Assembly: GCA_030747785.1 (NCBI GenBank)
Contig: JASLKC010000014.1
Location: 35,873 to 99,872, forward strand
Origin: Candidatus Poseidoniaceae archaeon
Lineage (GTDB): Archaea > Thermoplasmatota > Poseidoniia > Poseidoniales > Poseidoniaceae
Direction: 5' to 3'
Length of the DNA stretch: 64,000 bases
Made by a program: the position numbers and the translations under genes. The notes beneath the pieces were generated by a model. It was not told the origin of the DNA. It saw only the letters and a list, made by a program, of their open reading frames with translations, and did not search any database. Shown here one piece after another: positions 25,533 to 35,386 of the stretch (position 1 is its first letter; each line of letters starts with the position of its first letter).

Positions 25533-26453
25533 ATGGTAGGACAAAAGTCTGGAGATACTTCACATCTATACGATGGAAAGACCGTTCGTTCAGCTGCACC
25601 TTCTAGGAAGAAGTTAGCAGGAACTATGGCTGGTTCCGGTAGTGAAATTCCAAAGGATGCAATCCCTACAGTTGAGGTTCCAACATTCATTGAGAGTTTA
25701 CTCGGTGGACCATTGGTTCCAAAGATGAAATTCCTACCTGCAGATAAGATGGTGCAGAACTTGCAACTCGGTTGCTATGGAGTTCTAATCGCTCTTGGAA
25801 TCTTGACATATATTGTCACTCCAGCAGTTGGAACAATATGGTTTGCAATTACTGGTTCAATCACTGCTGCAAACATCATGCAATTACTAATTGTCATCGG
25901 TGCAGTTGGTAGTGGTTTCTGGGGTGTAATGGGTAGAGATGCAAGGTATTTGCTTGCTTCATATGTCTTGTTTATCCTTTCAGTCTTACGATTTGCATCA
26001 TCAAAGGTATCTCTTTCACAGGATATTTTCGGATTTGCCGATAATGATTTCCTACTAACAATTCTAGTTGTTGTTTATGCAGTACTCTTGGTAATGTTCT
26101 TTGAATTATCTAATGGTGTTCTTAGATTCAGTATGCTCGATACTTCAATCCGCACACGTGAAGTTTACGTGATGAATGTCAAGAAAATCGTGGGCAAGTA
26201 TCACCGTTCATTGGTCATTAATCCGCTAATTGCTGGAACTTTAGCAATGCTTGTGCTCTCTGCAAATACAATCCTTCCAGCATTCATTGGTCTGTTTTCA
26301 GAACAGACGGCATTGAGAATGGAGGAATCTGTTGAGTTAATTTCGGTATATGGTGTTGCACTTGGGACACTATTCGTCTTCCTAGTGGTTGGAGGGTTAT
26401 TTGCCCTTGACCTACCAACTCATTTGCAATCCTGGCGAGAAAACAAGGATTGA
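25533..26453 (+). CDS. Multi-pass membrane protein, last gene of the moxR operon
   Basis: SD GAGGTGA, about 6-7 hydrophobic segments. Confidence 0.75.
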   Translation: MVGQKSGDTSHLYDGKTVRSAAPSRKKLAGTMAGSGSEIPKDAIPTVEVPTFIESLLGGPLVPKMKFLPADKMVQNLQLGCYGVLIALGILTYIVTPAVGTIWFAITGSITAANIMQLLIVIGAVGSGFWGVMGRDARYLLASYVLFILSVLRFASSKVSLSQDIFGFADNDFLLTILVVVYAVLLVMFFELSNGVLRFSMLDTSIRTREVYVMNVKKIVGKYHRSLVINPLIAGTLAMLVLSANTILPAFIGLFSEQTALRMEESVELISVYGVALGTLFVFLVVGGLFALDLPTHLQSWRENKD

Positions 26454-27667
26454 TACAGACTCTCTAAAGAGGCTGTAAGGTCATCTGTTTCGATGATTAT
26501 CCTCATCCCGTATTCATTTACTGAAATGATTTCATGAGCAATTGGCAAGAAGAATTCATCAGCCCCAATTATCGAAATGATTGCAGTCTTGAATTCGACA
26601 TCTCCATCGATTATGTCATCGATTAGATGGAGATAATGACTTGGAATGATAATCCTCATCTGGTCTGGAGTCGAAGTCAATGACCATACTGTAACATCTT
26701 CTTCTTCAATCCGAGATAGTAGGTTGGAATTTAGAGGATTATCGCTAGTGAGAATTGCTACACCAGGCTGGCATCCAATTGCCTTGAAACCACTATCAGA
26801 GATATCAGGGCCAATCATGGTAGGAGCTACAGAGCGATCAGAATTAACATTGCGAATTTCAAGTGGAATTCCATCTAAAATTAGAGGCTCGACGGTTGCT
26901 GGGTGGAGGACAGGTGTACCATGCTTAGACAATTCCGTAGCCTCTCCATATCCGAGATATGGTACCGTATCGGTCTCAATTCCCCATCTTGGATTAAGCC
27001 TCTTGATTCCGTCGACGTCCTTCCACAAGACCAGTTTTTCAGCGCCCATCAAGTTTGCAAATGCGGCAGCGGAATGGTCTGATCCACCTCTGGAGAGCAA
27101 TGCTAGTTCACCATCTTCTCCTTCTCCAAACCAGCCTGTGAGAATTGGTACACCAACAAGTACAGACCTGTCCAAAGTTTCGTTTGAGCGTTCGAGGTCT
27201 ATACGGCAAGCACTGCCTTTACCTTTGAGTTTGAGGCCGATATCTTCGGCTCCAATAGGATGGGCATCAAGGCCTAATTCGTGAAGTCTGTGAGCGACTA
27301 CAAGGGCAGAGAGCCTTTCACCTGCAGCTAAAATTAGATTTCTTGAGCGTACTGATGCTCCATCGGTAGAGAGTTGAACCAATTCAGTTGAAATGCCATC
27401 CATCACCTTGTTGAATAATTCTTTGAATGGCCCTTGGTCAAGCCCTGGTGCAAATCTGAGGTGTTGTGATTTCAAATCACGTACCAATTTTCCAGCATAG
27501 ATAGAGTCGTTCGCCGCTCGAATCAAGCGGTCAGTCATTCCCCAAAGTGCGGAAACGACTACAATCGGACTTCCTTCAAAGGAAGTAATGATTTCAGCGA
27601 TTCTGTCGAGGTCGTCACTATCTCTAAGGCATGAACCTCCGAATTTGTGAACAATAATATTACTCAT
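26420..27667 (-). CDS. lysC: Aspartate kinase
   Basis: VHKFGGS, VVVSA, GERLS, LSRGGSDHSA, WKDVDGI, VLHP. Confidence 0.85.
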   Translation of the reverse strand: MSNIIVHKFGGSCLRDSDDLDRIAEIITSFEGSPIVVVSALWGMTDRLIRAANDSIYAGKLVRDLKSQHLRFAPGLDQGPFKELFNKVMDGISTELVQLSTDGASVRSRNLILAAGERLSALVVAHRLHELGLDAHPIGAEDIGLKLKGKGSACRIDLERSNETLDRSVLVGVPILTGWFGEGEDGELALLSRGGSDHSAAAFANLMGAEKLVLWKDVDGIKRLNPRWGIETDTVPYLGYGEATELSKHGTPVLHPATVEPLILDGIPLEIRNVNSDRSVAPTMIGPDISDSGFKAIGCQPGVAILTSDNPLNSNLLSRIEEEDVTVWSLTSTPDQMRIIIPSHYLHLIDDIIDGDVEFKTAIISIIGADEFFLPIAHEIISVNEYGMRIIIETDDLTASLESLYQSLFSRQDCK

Positions 27668-28685
27668 CCAAATAACCTCCTTGTTTTGCTAAATCGGAGA
27701 GAATTAATCGGGCAACTGCTTCTACAACAGGTGCAGCACGCGGGGCAATAACCGGGTCATGCCTCCCTTTGATTACCAACTCTTCAAGCATGCCAGTTGT
27801 TTGGTTGAATGTTTTTTGAGGCAGTGAAATACCGCTTGGTGGTTTGAAAGTAATTCGTACAAGGAGTGGAGCACCACTAGCCATTCCTCCAAGAGCACCA
27901 TCTGCCCCCTCGGTCAACTTCATACCTTCTTGCCAGAGGTCATTATGCTCACTACCCCTCATCTTACCAGCCTCAACCCCTCGGCCAAATTCGACTGCTC
28001 TTGCCGCAGGAATAGACATCAAACCTCTAGCGAGTGCAGGTTCTAGTCCATCGAACCATGGCTCACCAAATCCAACGGGAAGTCCTGAAATGGATAGATC
28101 TACTCGACTTCCGAGTGAATCTTGTTCCGAACGGGCTTGTTCAGCTAGCGCAGTACCATCCTCGCCTTCGAGCCCGCCAAGCGCCCCCACAGTCGCCTTA
28201 ATCTTCCAATCAGTGGGTAAGATGTCCCTGCAAAGCGAAGAAGCAGCAACTAGACCAGCGGTTAGTCTAGCAGAAAACGACCCTCCCCCTCTTAGGTCAG
28301 CCATGCCTGCCGTTTTCACATCGATAGGATGGTCAGCATGTCCTGGGCGAGGTTGGTTAGGAAGAAATGAGTAATCACTTGAGCGAGCATCCTGATTTCG
28401 AATTAACAAGAGGATAGGCATTCCTGTAGTCTTGTCTTTGTGCACTCCGGAAAGAATCTCAACTTCATCGGTTTCCTTTCGTCGGCTGGCCAGACCTGAG
28501 CCAGGCCTTCGACTGACCATGTCCAATACCAATTGCTCGTAATCAAGAGAGATACCAGAAGGCATTCCTTCAAGCAATGCCCCTACAGCAGGGCCGTGAG
28601 ATTCCCCGAAAAGGGTAACCTTGATTTCATCACCGAGGTCCATTCTCATGGCACTACCGTTTATGTCGACAAGGGTCTTACTCAA
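27660..28685 (-). CDS. aroC: Chorismate synthase
   Basis: FGESHGPAVG, RRPG, PRPGHAD, RGGGSFSARLT, FKPP, GRHDP. Confidence 0.95.
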   Translation of the reverse strand: MSKTLVDINGSAMRMDLGDEIKVTLFGESHGPAVGALLEGMPSGISLDYEQLVLDMVSRRPGSGLASRRKETDEVEILSGVHKDKTTGMPILLLIRNQDARSSDYSFLPNQPRPGHADHPIDVKTAGMADLRGGGSFSARLTAGLVAASSLCRDILPTDWKIKATVGALGGLEGEDGTALAEQARSEQDSLGSRVDLSISGLPVGFGEPWFDGLEPALARGLMSIPAARAVEFGRGVEAGKMRGSEHNDLWQEGMKLTEGADGALGGMASGAPLLVRITFKPPSGISLPQKTFNQTTGMLEELVIKGRHDPVIAPRAAPVVEAVARLILSDLAKQGGYLDE

Positions 28686-29569
28686 GAATCATCCCCTTTA
28701 GGGGATGATGGGTTAATTACCTTAGTTTCTATGACTTCAACCTCATCAAATCGCCCATACCATGTACTAAGACGCTCACAAATTGGCTTACTTATCGAAG
28801 GTGCAAAAATTACAATCGCCGGTCCCGAGCCGCTAATTCCAGCAGACCGCGCACCATTGACGAAGGCATCATTGGTTAATCTACGAGCCAGTGTGTCATT
28901 TAGCACTCCATTCATGCCACGGCCATTCCAAGTTAATGCAACTAAATCTTTACCTTCTTGAAGCGCAGATAGCGCTTGTGAAAATGCTTGTTGATATAAT
29001 GAAAATGCTTCGAGATTAGGTTTTTCTACACGTTCGCCTCTTGTAATGACGAAGACACTCCATTCATCTGCTGGCGGACCATCACCTTCCAATATTACTC
29101 CTGATTCTGCATTCTCGGCATTGATGTCAATGAGTTTCCATCCACTTTCTGCTGCAGCCCAAGCATCATCAATACTTCCAGTTAGTGAAACGCCAGCATC
29201 GATTTGAACTGCCGCTGCCAAGTCTACAAGTTGATGATTCTCCAATATAGAATCCGTAGCATCACACAGGGCTCTTAGTGCTGCGATTGCAACTGCTGCA
29301 CTAGATTTAAGCCCTTGGCGAGGAGGAATTTCTGATCGAACAGTCCAATGTAATTCATCTGATTGAGGGAGGGGAAGTTCTGCATTCTTCCAAATGGTAA
29401 GAACCGAGTCAAGTAATGAGTCTGGATCATCTAGCACTTTCTTGCTAGCTTTGTCCATCAGTCTAACTTTTACAGGTAAATCCAGAGTAAGTGATGCTCC
29501 ATATCCTACTCCTGCAGCATGCAGAAGACTGCATGCTCCATTTGCTGTACCAGTTCCAAGCACAGCCAT
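28682..29569 (-). CDS. aroK: Archaeal shikimate kinase (GHMP family)
   Basis: SEIPPRQGLKSSAA, GVSLTGSIDDA, GISGSGPA; start moved to ATG 29569 with SD GGAGAGGT. Confidence 0.9.
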   Translation of the reverse strand: MAVLGTGTANGACSLLHAAGVGYGASLTLDLPVKVRLMDKASKKVLDDPDSLLDSVLTIWKNAELPLPQSDELHWTVRSEIPPRQGLKSSAAVAIAALRALCDATDSILENHQLVDLAAAVQIDAGVSLTGSIDDAWAAAESGWKLIDINAENAESGVILEGDGPPADEWSVFVITRGERVEKPNLEAFSLYQQAFSQALSALQEGKDLVALTWNGRGMNGVLNDTLARRLTNDAFVNGARSAGISGSGPAIVIFAPSISKPICERLSTWYGRFDEVEVIETKVINPSSPKGDDS

Positions 29570-29574
29570 GAATT

Positions 29575-30543
29575 CTACCTCTCCTCGACCTGTGCGCTTA
29601 TGGAGACGCCAATATGGCGTCCCATCCCACCGCTCCATCCAAGAACATTTGTTCCAATTTCCAGATTGGTAATTGGTACGAGGCTCCCGGATTGGGTGAC
29701 GAGGCGAACGGTCTCCGCTTGCTGAAGAAGTGCCCCGGCTTCATTATGGTTTTCATCGCGCCAACGGAATAAAATGAACGGTCGTCTCTCTATTTTGATA
29801 CGCCCAATAGTACCGGAACGCATGGCAGAATCTGACGCGATGAGAATTTCATCTCCCATCTTTAGTTCACTGAGATATTTAGTGGTACCATCAGCCATTT
29901 GGATGTAGGAATGAACAGCACCAGCATTTACCCTAAACGGTCTTGTTGGAACAAATTCTGATTCAACGGTTTCTCCATGAACGAGTACCATACTTGACGA
30001 ACTTGAACCAACCAGCATTCCTTCTCCAATTTCAAGCATGGTTGTGAGGTCAACACATACTCTTTCTCCAACTCCTCCTTCTTTTACTTCTATCACTTCA
30101 CAAGTCGAGAGTGAAACCGGCTCGGTTTCAACCGAATCGGAATCAGTTGTTTCTTCTCCTCTTTGCGATTTTGCGATTAATGCAGTTGCTAAGATGCTTT
30201 CAGGTACGAGAACGGCATCAACTCCAATTTGTAGTGCAAAAGCTGCCCCAATGACTTGCTCAGGTGATGAAATTCTTGCCGCGACCTTTGTAGGCCCTCC
30301 ATCACATGCGGCGATAATATTCTCGATAGGAATCATTTGCCATTCACCGAATTCGAGGAGGATCCATTCGACTGAACCAGCGAGTGAACGCGCCATTGCT
30401 TGCCCTTCAGAATTACTGACATCAACAACTCTTCCCGCTTGAAGTCCCTCGATGTATAGAGATGCTCCGTCAACATTCAGGTCTACCCCGTCAATCAAAT
30501 CAACGCCATTTTGGCGCTCTCCTGACTCGAGCCAAACCTGCAT
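29575..30543 (-). CDS. aroB': 3-dehydroquinate synthase II (AroB')
   Basis: WQMIPIEN, GERVCVD, GEGMLVGS, RPFRVNAGAVHSY, YLSEL, GRIKIERRP, LQQAETVRL. Confidence 0.93.
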   Translation of the reverse strand: MQVWLESGERQNGVDLIDGVDLNVDGASLYIEGLQAGRVVDVSNSEGQAMARSLAGSVEWILLEFGEWQMIPIENIIAACDGGPTKVAARISSPEQVIGAAFALQIGVDAVLVPESILATALIAKSQRGEETTDSDSVETEPVSLSTCEVIEVKEGGVGERVCVDLTTMLEIGEGMLVGSSSSSMVLVHGETVESEFVPTRPFRVNAGAVHSYIQMADGTTKYLSELKMGDEILIASDSAMRSGTIGRIKIERRPFILFRWRDENHNEAGALLQQAETVRLVTQSGSLVPITNLEIGTNVLGWSGGMGRHIGVSISAQVEER

Positions 30544-30547
30544 TATT

Positions 30548-31327
30548 TCACAACCCTGCAGAAGCCATCGCTTCTACAACATCCACACCATCATGCACGA
30601 TTGCACGCAGCGCCCGAACCATTCGATCTGGGTGGTCATGGCAGAAGACTTGCCTTCCCATACAGACTCCTCCGCCACCTGCAGACATAGCTTGATGGAC
30701 AATTGTGAGAATCTCAAGTGTGGTAGCTCCTGCGGGGCCACCAGCAATTAGTACAGGGATTGGAACCGAGTTGCAGACGAGAGAAAACGATTCGATGTCT
30801 CCAGTCCATTTTGTTTTCACTACATCACATCCGAGTTCGAATGCTAGCCTAGCGGCATGTGCAGCACCGCCGGTAATGTCACCATCCATAATGTTGAGAT
30901 TTTCACCGCGGGGGTATACCATCCCTAGTAGTGGAACCCCGAGCAAATTACAGTCTTCAGATACCGAGCCCATAATTTCGATCATATCTGGTTCAGTTGG
31001 AGCCCCCATGTTGACCTGAACACTAACTCCAGCAGCGCCTCTACGAATCGATTCCTCCACACTGCCAACTAGCACCTTTTCGGTTGTTCTTGCGCCAGCA
31101 TGTCGAGTAGAAGCGGAAAGATGAGCCACCATATGACCTGAATGGAGGTCGCCAAATGCGCTAACCACGCCCTTTTGGGCTACGATTGCATCAGCACCTC
31201 CTACAGCGAGTAATGCGATTAATTCCTCAAGGTTCTCCAATCCTTTCGAAGGAAAATCCGAGAGGCCGTGGTCGATTGGAATCCAAACGCCTCGGCCGCC
31301 AGGCAGTAGTACTTCGAGGTCGCTCAT
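30548..31327 (-). CDS. aroA': 2-amino-3,7-dideoxy-D-threo-hept-6-ulosonate synthase (AroA', class I aldolase)
   Basis: IPIDHG, HLSAST, MVYPRG, ELGCDVVKT, IAGG, GRQVF; directly upstream of aroB'. Confidence 0.88.
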   Translation of the reverse strand: MSDLEVLLPGGRGVWIPIDHGLSDFPSKGLENLEELIALLAVGGADAIVAQKGVVSAFGDLHSGHMVAHLSASTRHAGARTTEKVLVGSVEESIRRGAAGVSVQVNMGAPTEPDMIEIMGSVSEDCNLLGVPLLGMVYPRGENLNIMDGDITGGAAHAARLAFELGCDVVKTKWTGDIESFSLVCNSVPIPVLIAGGPAGATTLEILTIVHQAMSAGGGGVCMGRQVFCHDHPDRMVRALRAIVHDGVDVVEAMASAGL

Positions 31328-31370
31328 GCTTTGCGGTAGTAGATGGAATAGACAAGCCTTGCCATATGAT

Positions 31371-32072
31371 TCAAAGGCCATTTTGGTGGACCCTTGCTGC
31401 CCAAGTCATCATAGCAGCCTCAGCCTTAGAGAGATGTTCCTGTAGAGTAGAACGCGGAATTCCCGATGATTCAGAGAGTTCACGCATCGTAATCAGTCTA
31501 GGATTCTCGTAATATCCAGCATTTGTTGCTATCACGGCGGCTTCCAATTGCTTTGGAGTTAGTACCGATAGCATTTCTCGCTCTGCATTTTCAATATCTA
31601 ATACTTTAACCGAGTCGGGAGGCAATAGCAATCGAGCAGCCTTAAGGAAGCCAGACACTCCTTCCGGAAGGCCTCTAATTGTGATTTGAGCGCCATCTTT
31701 TCCAATGGTGTATGGAGGAATTACGTGGAGGCTGTCGAAATTTATCGCAGCCACTGAAATCGGATGACGATTCCATACAACGATAATTCCCTCACCGCCA
31801 TCTTTAGGCAGAGGGTGAGGTCGCAATGGCCCATCTATTTCCAGGAATGGAATAGTATCCAAATCGTTCACATTCATATTTTCAAGCAATTTCACGCGAA
31901 CAAGTTGGCGAACCCCTACAGCGGTGACATCTAAATGTGCAATCACTTCAAATTCGGATACCACTTTGGTAATCAATCCAAAATCTGAATTCTTTATTGA
32001 CTGTGAATTCCACGATAAATGTACTTCGCGCATAGTACCCATACAGGGCTTTGGCTTAACTCCTTTATCCAA
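31371..32072 (-). CDS. Bat-type (HTH_10) transcriptional regulator
   Basis: C-terminal LTPKQLEA...AGYYENPRLITMRELS...STLQEHLSKAE. Confidence 0.85.
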   Translation of the reverse strand: MDKGVKPKPCMGTMREVHLSWNSQSIKNSDFGLITKVVSEFEVIAHLDVTAVGVRQLVRVKLLENMNVNDLDTIPFLEIDGPLRPHPLPKDGGEGIIVVWNRHPISVAAINFDSLHVIPPYTIGKDGAQITIRGLPEGVSGFLKAARLLLPPDSVKVLDIENAEREMLSVLTPKQLEAAVIATNAGYYENPRLITMRELSESSGIPRSTLQEHLSKAEAAMMTWAARVHQNGL

Positions 32073-32101
32073 ACGAGTTCATCAATATTGTACCTACCAA
32101 T

Positions 32102-34531
32102 TCACTGTGAAAGGTCCTTGACTTTCGCAACAAGATCCATTTTCTTGATTCTCCACATGCCAAATGGGGTCAATGATATGGAAATTCCAACTACGATTCC
32201 AATCAGAATCAAGATGGTAGAGGTAGTTGCTGAGACTGTGAAATACATCCCCCATTGAACAAAAGATGAAATCATCATTTTTGTTCCAAGAATTGAGAAT
32301 ACACAACCTAAAAACCCTCCAATCAAACCAATCGCAAGATGTTCGCCAAACAGCATCAATCCCAAGCGATTATTCGATGCGCCAAGAACCCGTAGAGTGG
32401 CAATTTCTGTGTCCCTTTCTGCTAGATTCATGACCAACGTATTGAATAAAACCGCTAGAGCGATTAAAATCCCAAGCCCTTGGATTGAATAGAACATTCC
32501 TTCCTGTTGTTCCATCAGAGTTTCAAAGGCTGCCAAAGAATCTTCACGGACATCTATACCCATAGAAATTTGGGCCAATTCATCGTCAACCTCTACTCCT
32601 TCGGGGAGTTGTAGCATCACCACAGTTGCTTCCAATCCAACAATTCCAGACAAATCTGAGCGATGGAAATAGACCGTCCGACTGAGATCCCCTTTAGTGA
32701 ATCCAGTCACTTTGACATCCACAGTTTTTGTTCCAAATTCAAGTGAATGTGTTTCACCCACTTTCCAGCCCAAGAAATGATTGATTCCTTCATCAATCAA
32801 TACCTCTGGAACACCCATTCCACTCTTAGGTAATTCTCCAGATGCCAGGTTGACGAGATACATGGAATCATCATTTTCTGTCACCACATTCTCAAGTCCA
32901 TAGGCTGTAAGTTGGCGTGAATCATTGGCCGGATTACCAGCGAATACTATCATTAATTCATAATCGGCATCATTCTCATCTGCCCATTCAATAATTTCAT
33001 CTTCGCCATCAATAGTATAGGCTTGTACGTCCCAATTCTGTCGCTCTTCAACGCCTCCAAGGAACATCTCACTCATCGAATCCATCATAAGCAACATGGT
33101 TCCAAAAATCAGCATTGAAATGCCTACTGCAAAGAAAGTAAACATCAAACGAACCGGTTTCCGAATACTCGAACGAATTGTTAAGCCAACAGTTGCAGGC
33201 ATGCGAGAGGTCAACTTTTGCAAGGCACGAGAAGACACTCGAATTTCGTGCTCCCCTCGTAGAACTTCAAGTGGTTGTAAGCGTGAAGCCTGCCAAGCCG
33301 GCCGTAATCCGGAAAGGAACACTACGGCCATCGCGATGGCAATATTTTGAATCACCATAGAATCGGGAACTGCTGGATTGATAATCGGGATTCCGATGAT
33401 TTCCTCGTACATCGAAATCATGGCTGGCGCACCAAACAATACACCGGGAATGGCACCAAGAAGGCAACCGGCAGCACCAATGAAAATTGGAGCGATGATG
33501 TAACCAGGCATGATTGACATCCGGCGAACCCCGAGAGTTCGGAGAACTGCAATTTCCTTGGCTTGAGATTGAATTAAGCGCTGAAGGCTGAGGAAAATGG
33601 TGATGCCGGCAACGACGGCAATCATTCCAGTCACAACTGGGTATGTTTTCATTGCACCCTCGACATCAGCTCTCAAGAATTCTACAGAGTCCACGCCCGT
33701 CCGATCATAGATGCTTGCGGGTGATTCGTCCACCTCACCAACAATCGCTGAAATATTCGCTTTCAGCGTGGTCAAGCCGCTACCGTCAGGGTCTTGAGAA
33801 TCTGGTGTGCCCACAATGTCTAGCAACAATTGATTTGAGGAACCTGCACTGTAATTGGCAATCTTCTCCAGACCTTCAGACGTCATGTAGCCAGTCACAA
33901 AAGTCCCCGGTTGAGCGGGGAGTAATGCCCCTTCTGCTGTAAAGTAGAGATGGTTGGAATGGAATCCAATGCCAACGACTGTGTAATTCAATGCAAAACC
34001 GGCCCCTGCACTGATTCGAATTGTGTCACCTACTGAAATATTCAGTGCATCAACCGCATGCTCATCAATAACAATCTCACTATCATTTGCAGCCAAGCGC
34101 CCCGAACAACAGTCGTGGTTGGGAATCCAAACCTTGTTCACATCCCCTTCGTCAATTCCATGCCAAACAGCAGAAACCATTCCAATGTCTGCATCTGAAC
34201 TAAACAGTTGTCCACTGGTCACTAAACGAGGTTCACAATGATCCAACTCAAGTTCGACATCAGGCCATTGGTTGCGAATCTCCTGACAGAGATTTTCTGC
34301 CGTAGATTCATTCCAATTTCCCGCGTTGTTTTCGACCCATAAATCAGGTAAATTAAGCCCCTCTTCATCATCGTCGTAGATATCATCGTATAGAGTAGTT
34401 ACAGAATTAGCATAGGCTCCAAATGCGATGCCTGCAAATACACCAATTGCCACCATCAACACAACTGCTGACAAGCGCAGTTTCGTACGCCAAAGGCTTC
34501 TTGCGAGCCTCTTAGTCAGTAGCATTGACAT
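32102..34531 (-). CDS. ABC transporter permease (MacB/FtsX-like, duplicated)
   Basis: Two KEIAVLRTLG / TEIATLRVLG motifs, two large extracytoplasmic loops; SD GGAGGTGA before ATG 34531. Confidence 0.9.
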   Translation of the reverse strand: MSMLLTKRLARSLWRTKLRLSAVVLMVAIGVFAGIAFGAYANSVTTLYDDIYDDDEEGLNLPDLWVENNAGNWNESTAENLCQEIRNQWPDVELELDHCEPRLVTSGQLFSSDADIGMVSAVWHGIDEGDVNKVWIPNHDCCSGRLAANDSEIVIDEHAVDALNISVGDTIRISAGAGFALNYTVVGIGFHSNHLYFTAEGALLPAQPGTFVTGYMTSEGLEKIANYSAGSSNQLLLDIVGTPDSQDPDGSGLTTLKANISAIVGEVDESPASIYDRTGVDSVEFLRADVEGAMKTYPVVTGMIAVVAGITIFLSLQRLIQSQAKEIAVLRTLGVRRMSIMPGYIIAPIFIGAAGCLLGAIPGVLFGAPAMISMYEEIIGIPIINPAVPDSMVIQNIAIAMAVVFLSGLRPAWQASRLQPLEVLRGEHEIRVSSRALQKLTSRMPATVGLTIRSSIRKPVRLMFTFFAVGISMLIFGTMLLMMDSMSEMFLGGVEERQNWDVQAYTIDGEDEIIEWADENDADYELMIVFAGNPANDSRQLTAYGLENVVTENDDSMYLVNLASGELPKSGMGVPEVLIDEGINHFLGWKVGETHSLEFGTKTVDVKVTGFTKGDLSRTVYFHRSDLSGIVGLEATVVMLQLPEGVEVDDELAQISMGIDVREDSLAAFETLMEQQEGMFYSIQGLGILIALAVLFNTLVMNLAERDTEIATLRVLGASNNRLGLMLFGEHLAIGLIGGFLGCVFSILGTKMMISSFVQWGMYFTVSATTSTILILIGIVVGISISLTPFGMWRIKKMDLVAKVKDLSQ

Positions 34532-34545
34532 CTTGTCACCTCCGT

Positions 34546-35220
34546 TCAAACCTTTTCATCAGAGATGATTTTTCCACTGTCCAAGCGAACAACTCTAGTT
34601 GCATACTGTACGAGGTTTTCATCGTGAGTCACCATCACGGTAGTGATGTTTTCAGCTTCGCATGCACTGACGAGAACTTCCATGACTGTTGCAGAGGTGG
34701 CAGAATCCAAATTCCCTGTCAACTCATCTCCAAGCAATAGGTTGGGGCTTTTGGCTAAACTTCGTGCAATTGCAACTCTCTGTTGCTGGCCTCCACTAAT
34801 CTCAGCGGGGAATCGGTTCACTTCATCTTCAAGGCCGACCAAGGCGAGTAACTCCCGGGCCCTGGCTTCGTCCTTGCCGTCAGATAATTCTTGGATGAGA
34901 AGAATGTTTTCTAGGACAGTCAAATCCTGTAAGAGATTGAAGAATTGGAATACATACCCAATGTTCTCTCTACGGAATGTAGTCATCTTTTCAGCATGTC
35001 CCCGAGGCACTATTTCCTTATTGAATTCATATTCACCTTCAGTAGGATTGTCAAGAGCCGCGAGGCAATTCAATAACGTTGTTTTTCCAGAACCCGAAGG
35101 CCCCAGTAAGAGTATTCTCTCACCCTCCTTAATTTTCAGATCAATCCCATCAAGGGCTTTCACCGTCCCTGATGGCATGACGTAGTGGCGCTTTATTCCA
35201 GACATTTCCAATAATCTCAT
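34546..35220 (-). CDS. ABC transporter ATP-binding protein (LolD/MacB-like)
   Basis: GPSGSGKTT, VFQFFNL, ISGGQQQRVAIAR, DELTGNLD, VTHD. Confidence 0.95.
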   Translation of the reverse strand: MRLLEMSGIKRHYVMPSGTVKALDGIDLKIKEGERILLLGPSGSGKTTLLNCLAALDNPTEGEYEFNKEIVPRGHAEKMTTFRRENIGYVFQFFNLLQDLTVLENILLIQELSDGKDEARARELLALVGLEDEVNRFPAEISGGQQQRVAIARSLAKSPNLLLGDELTGNLDSATSATVMEVLVSACEAENITTVMVTHDENLVQYATRVVRLDSGKIISDEKV

Positions 35221-35386
35221 ATTTCCACCTTCTTCGTTAACGAGGGGCAGTGCATATCTCTTGCACATGGTCAATTATACTAATGGCGGATATGGTCTTT
35301 TCGCGGTAATATCGTGTTATCTGAGATGAAATCAAATGAATCGTTTAGCCGATGGCAATAATACCAACTACATGATAGCCCCTAAT

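Noticed and set aside
26420..26453. Convergent 3' overlaps (also 6410-6420, 36556-36559, 61520-61527)
   Set aside because: Ordinary for a compact genome; no evidence of a special function
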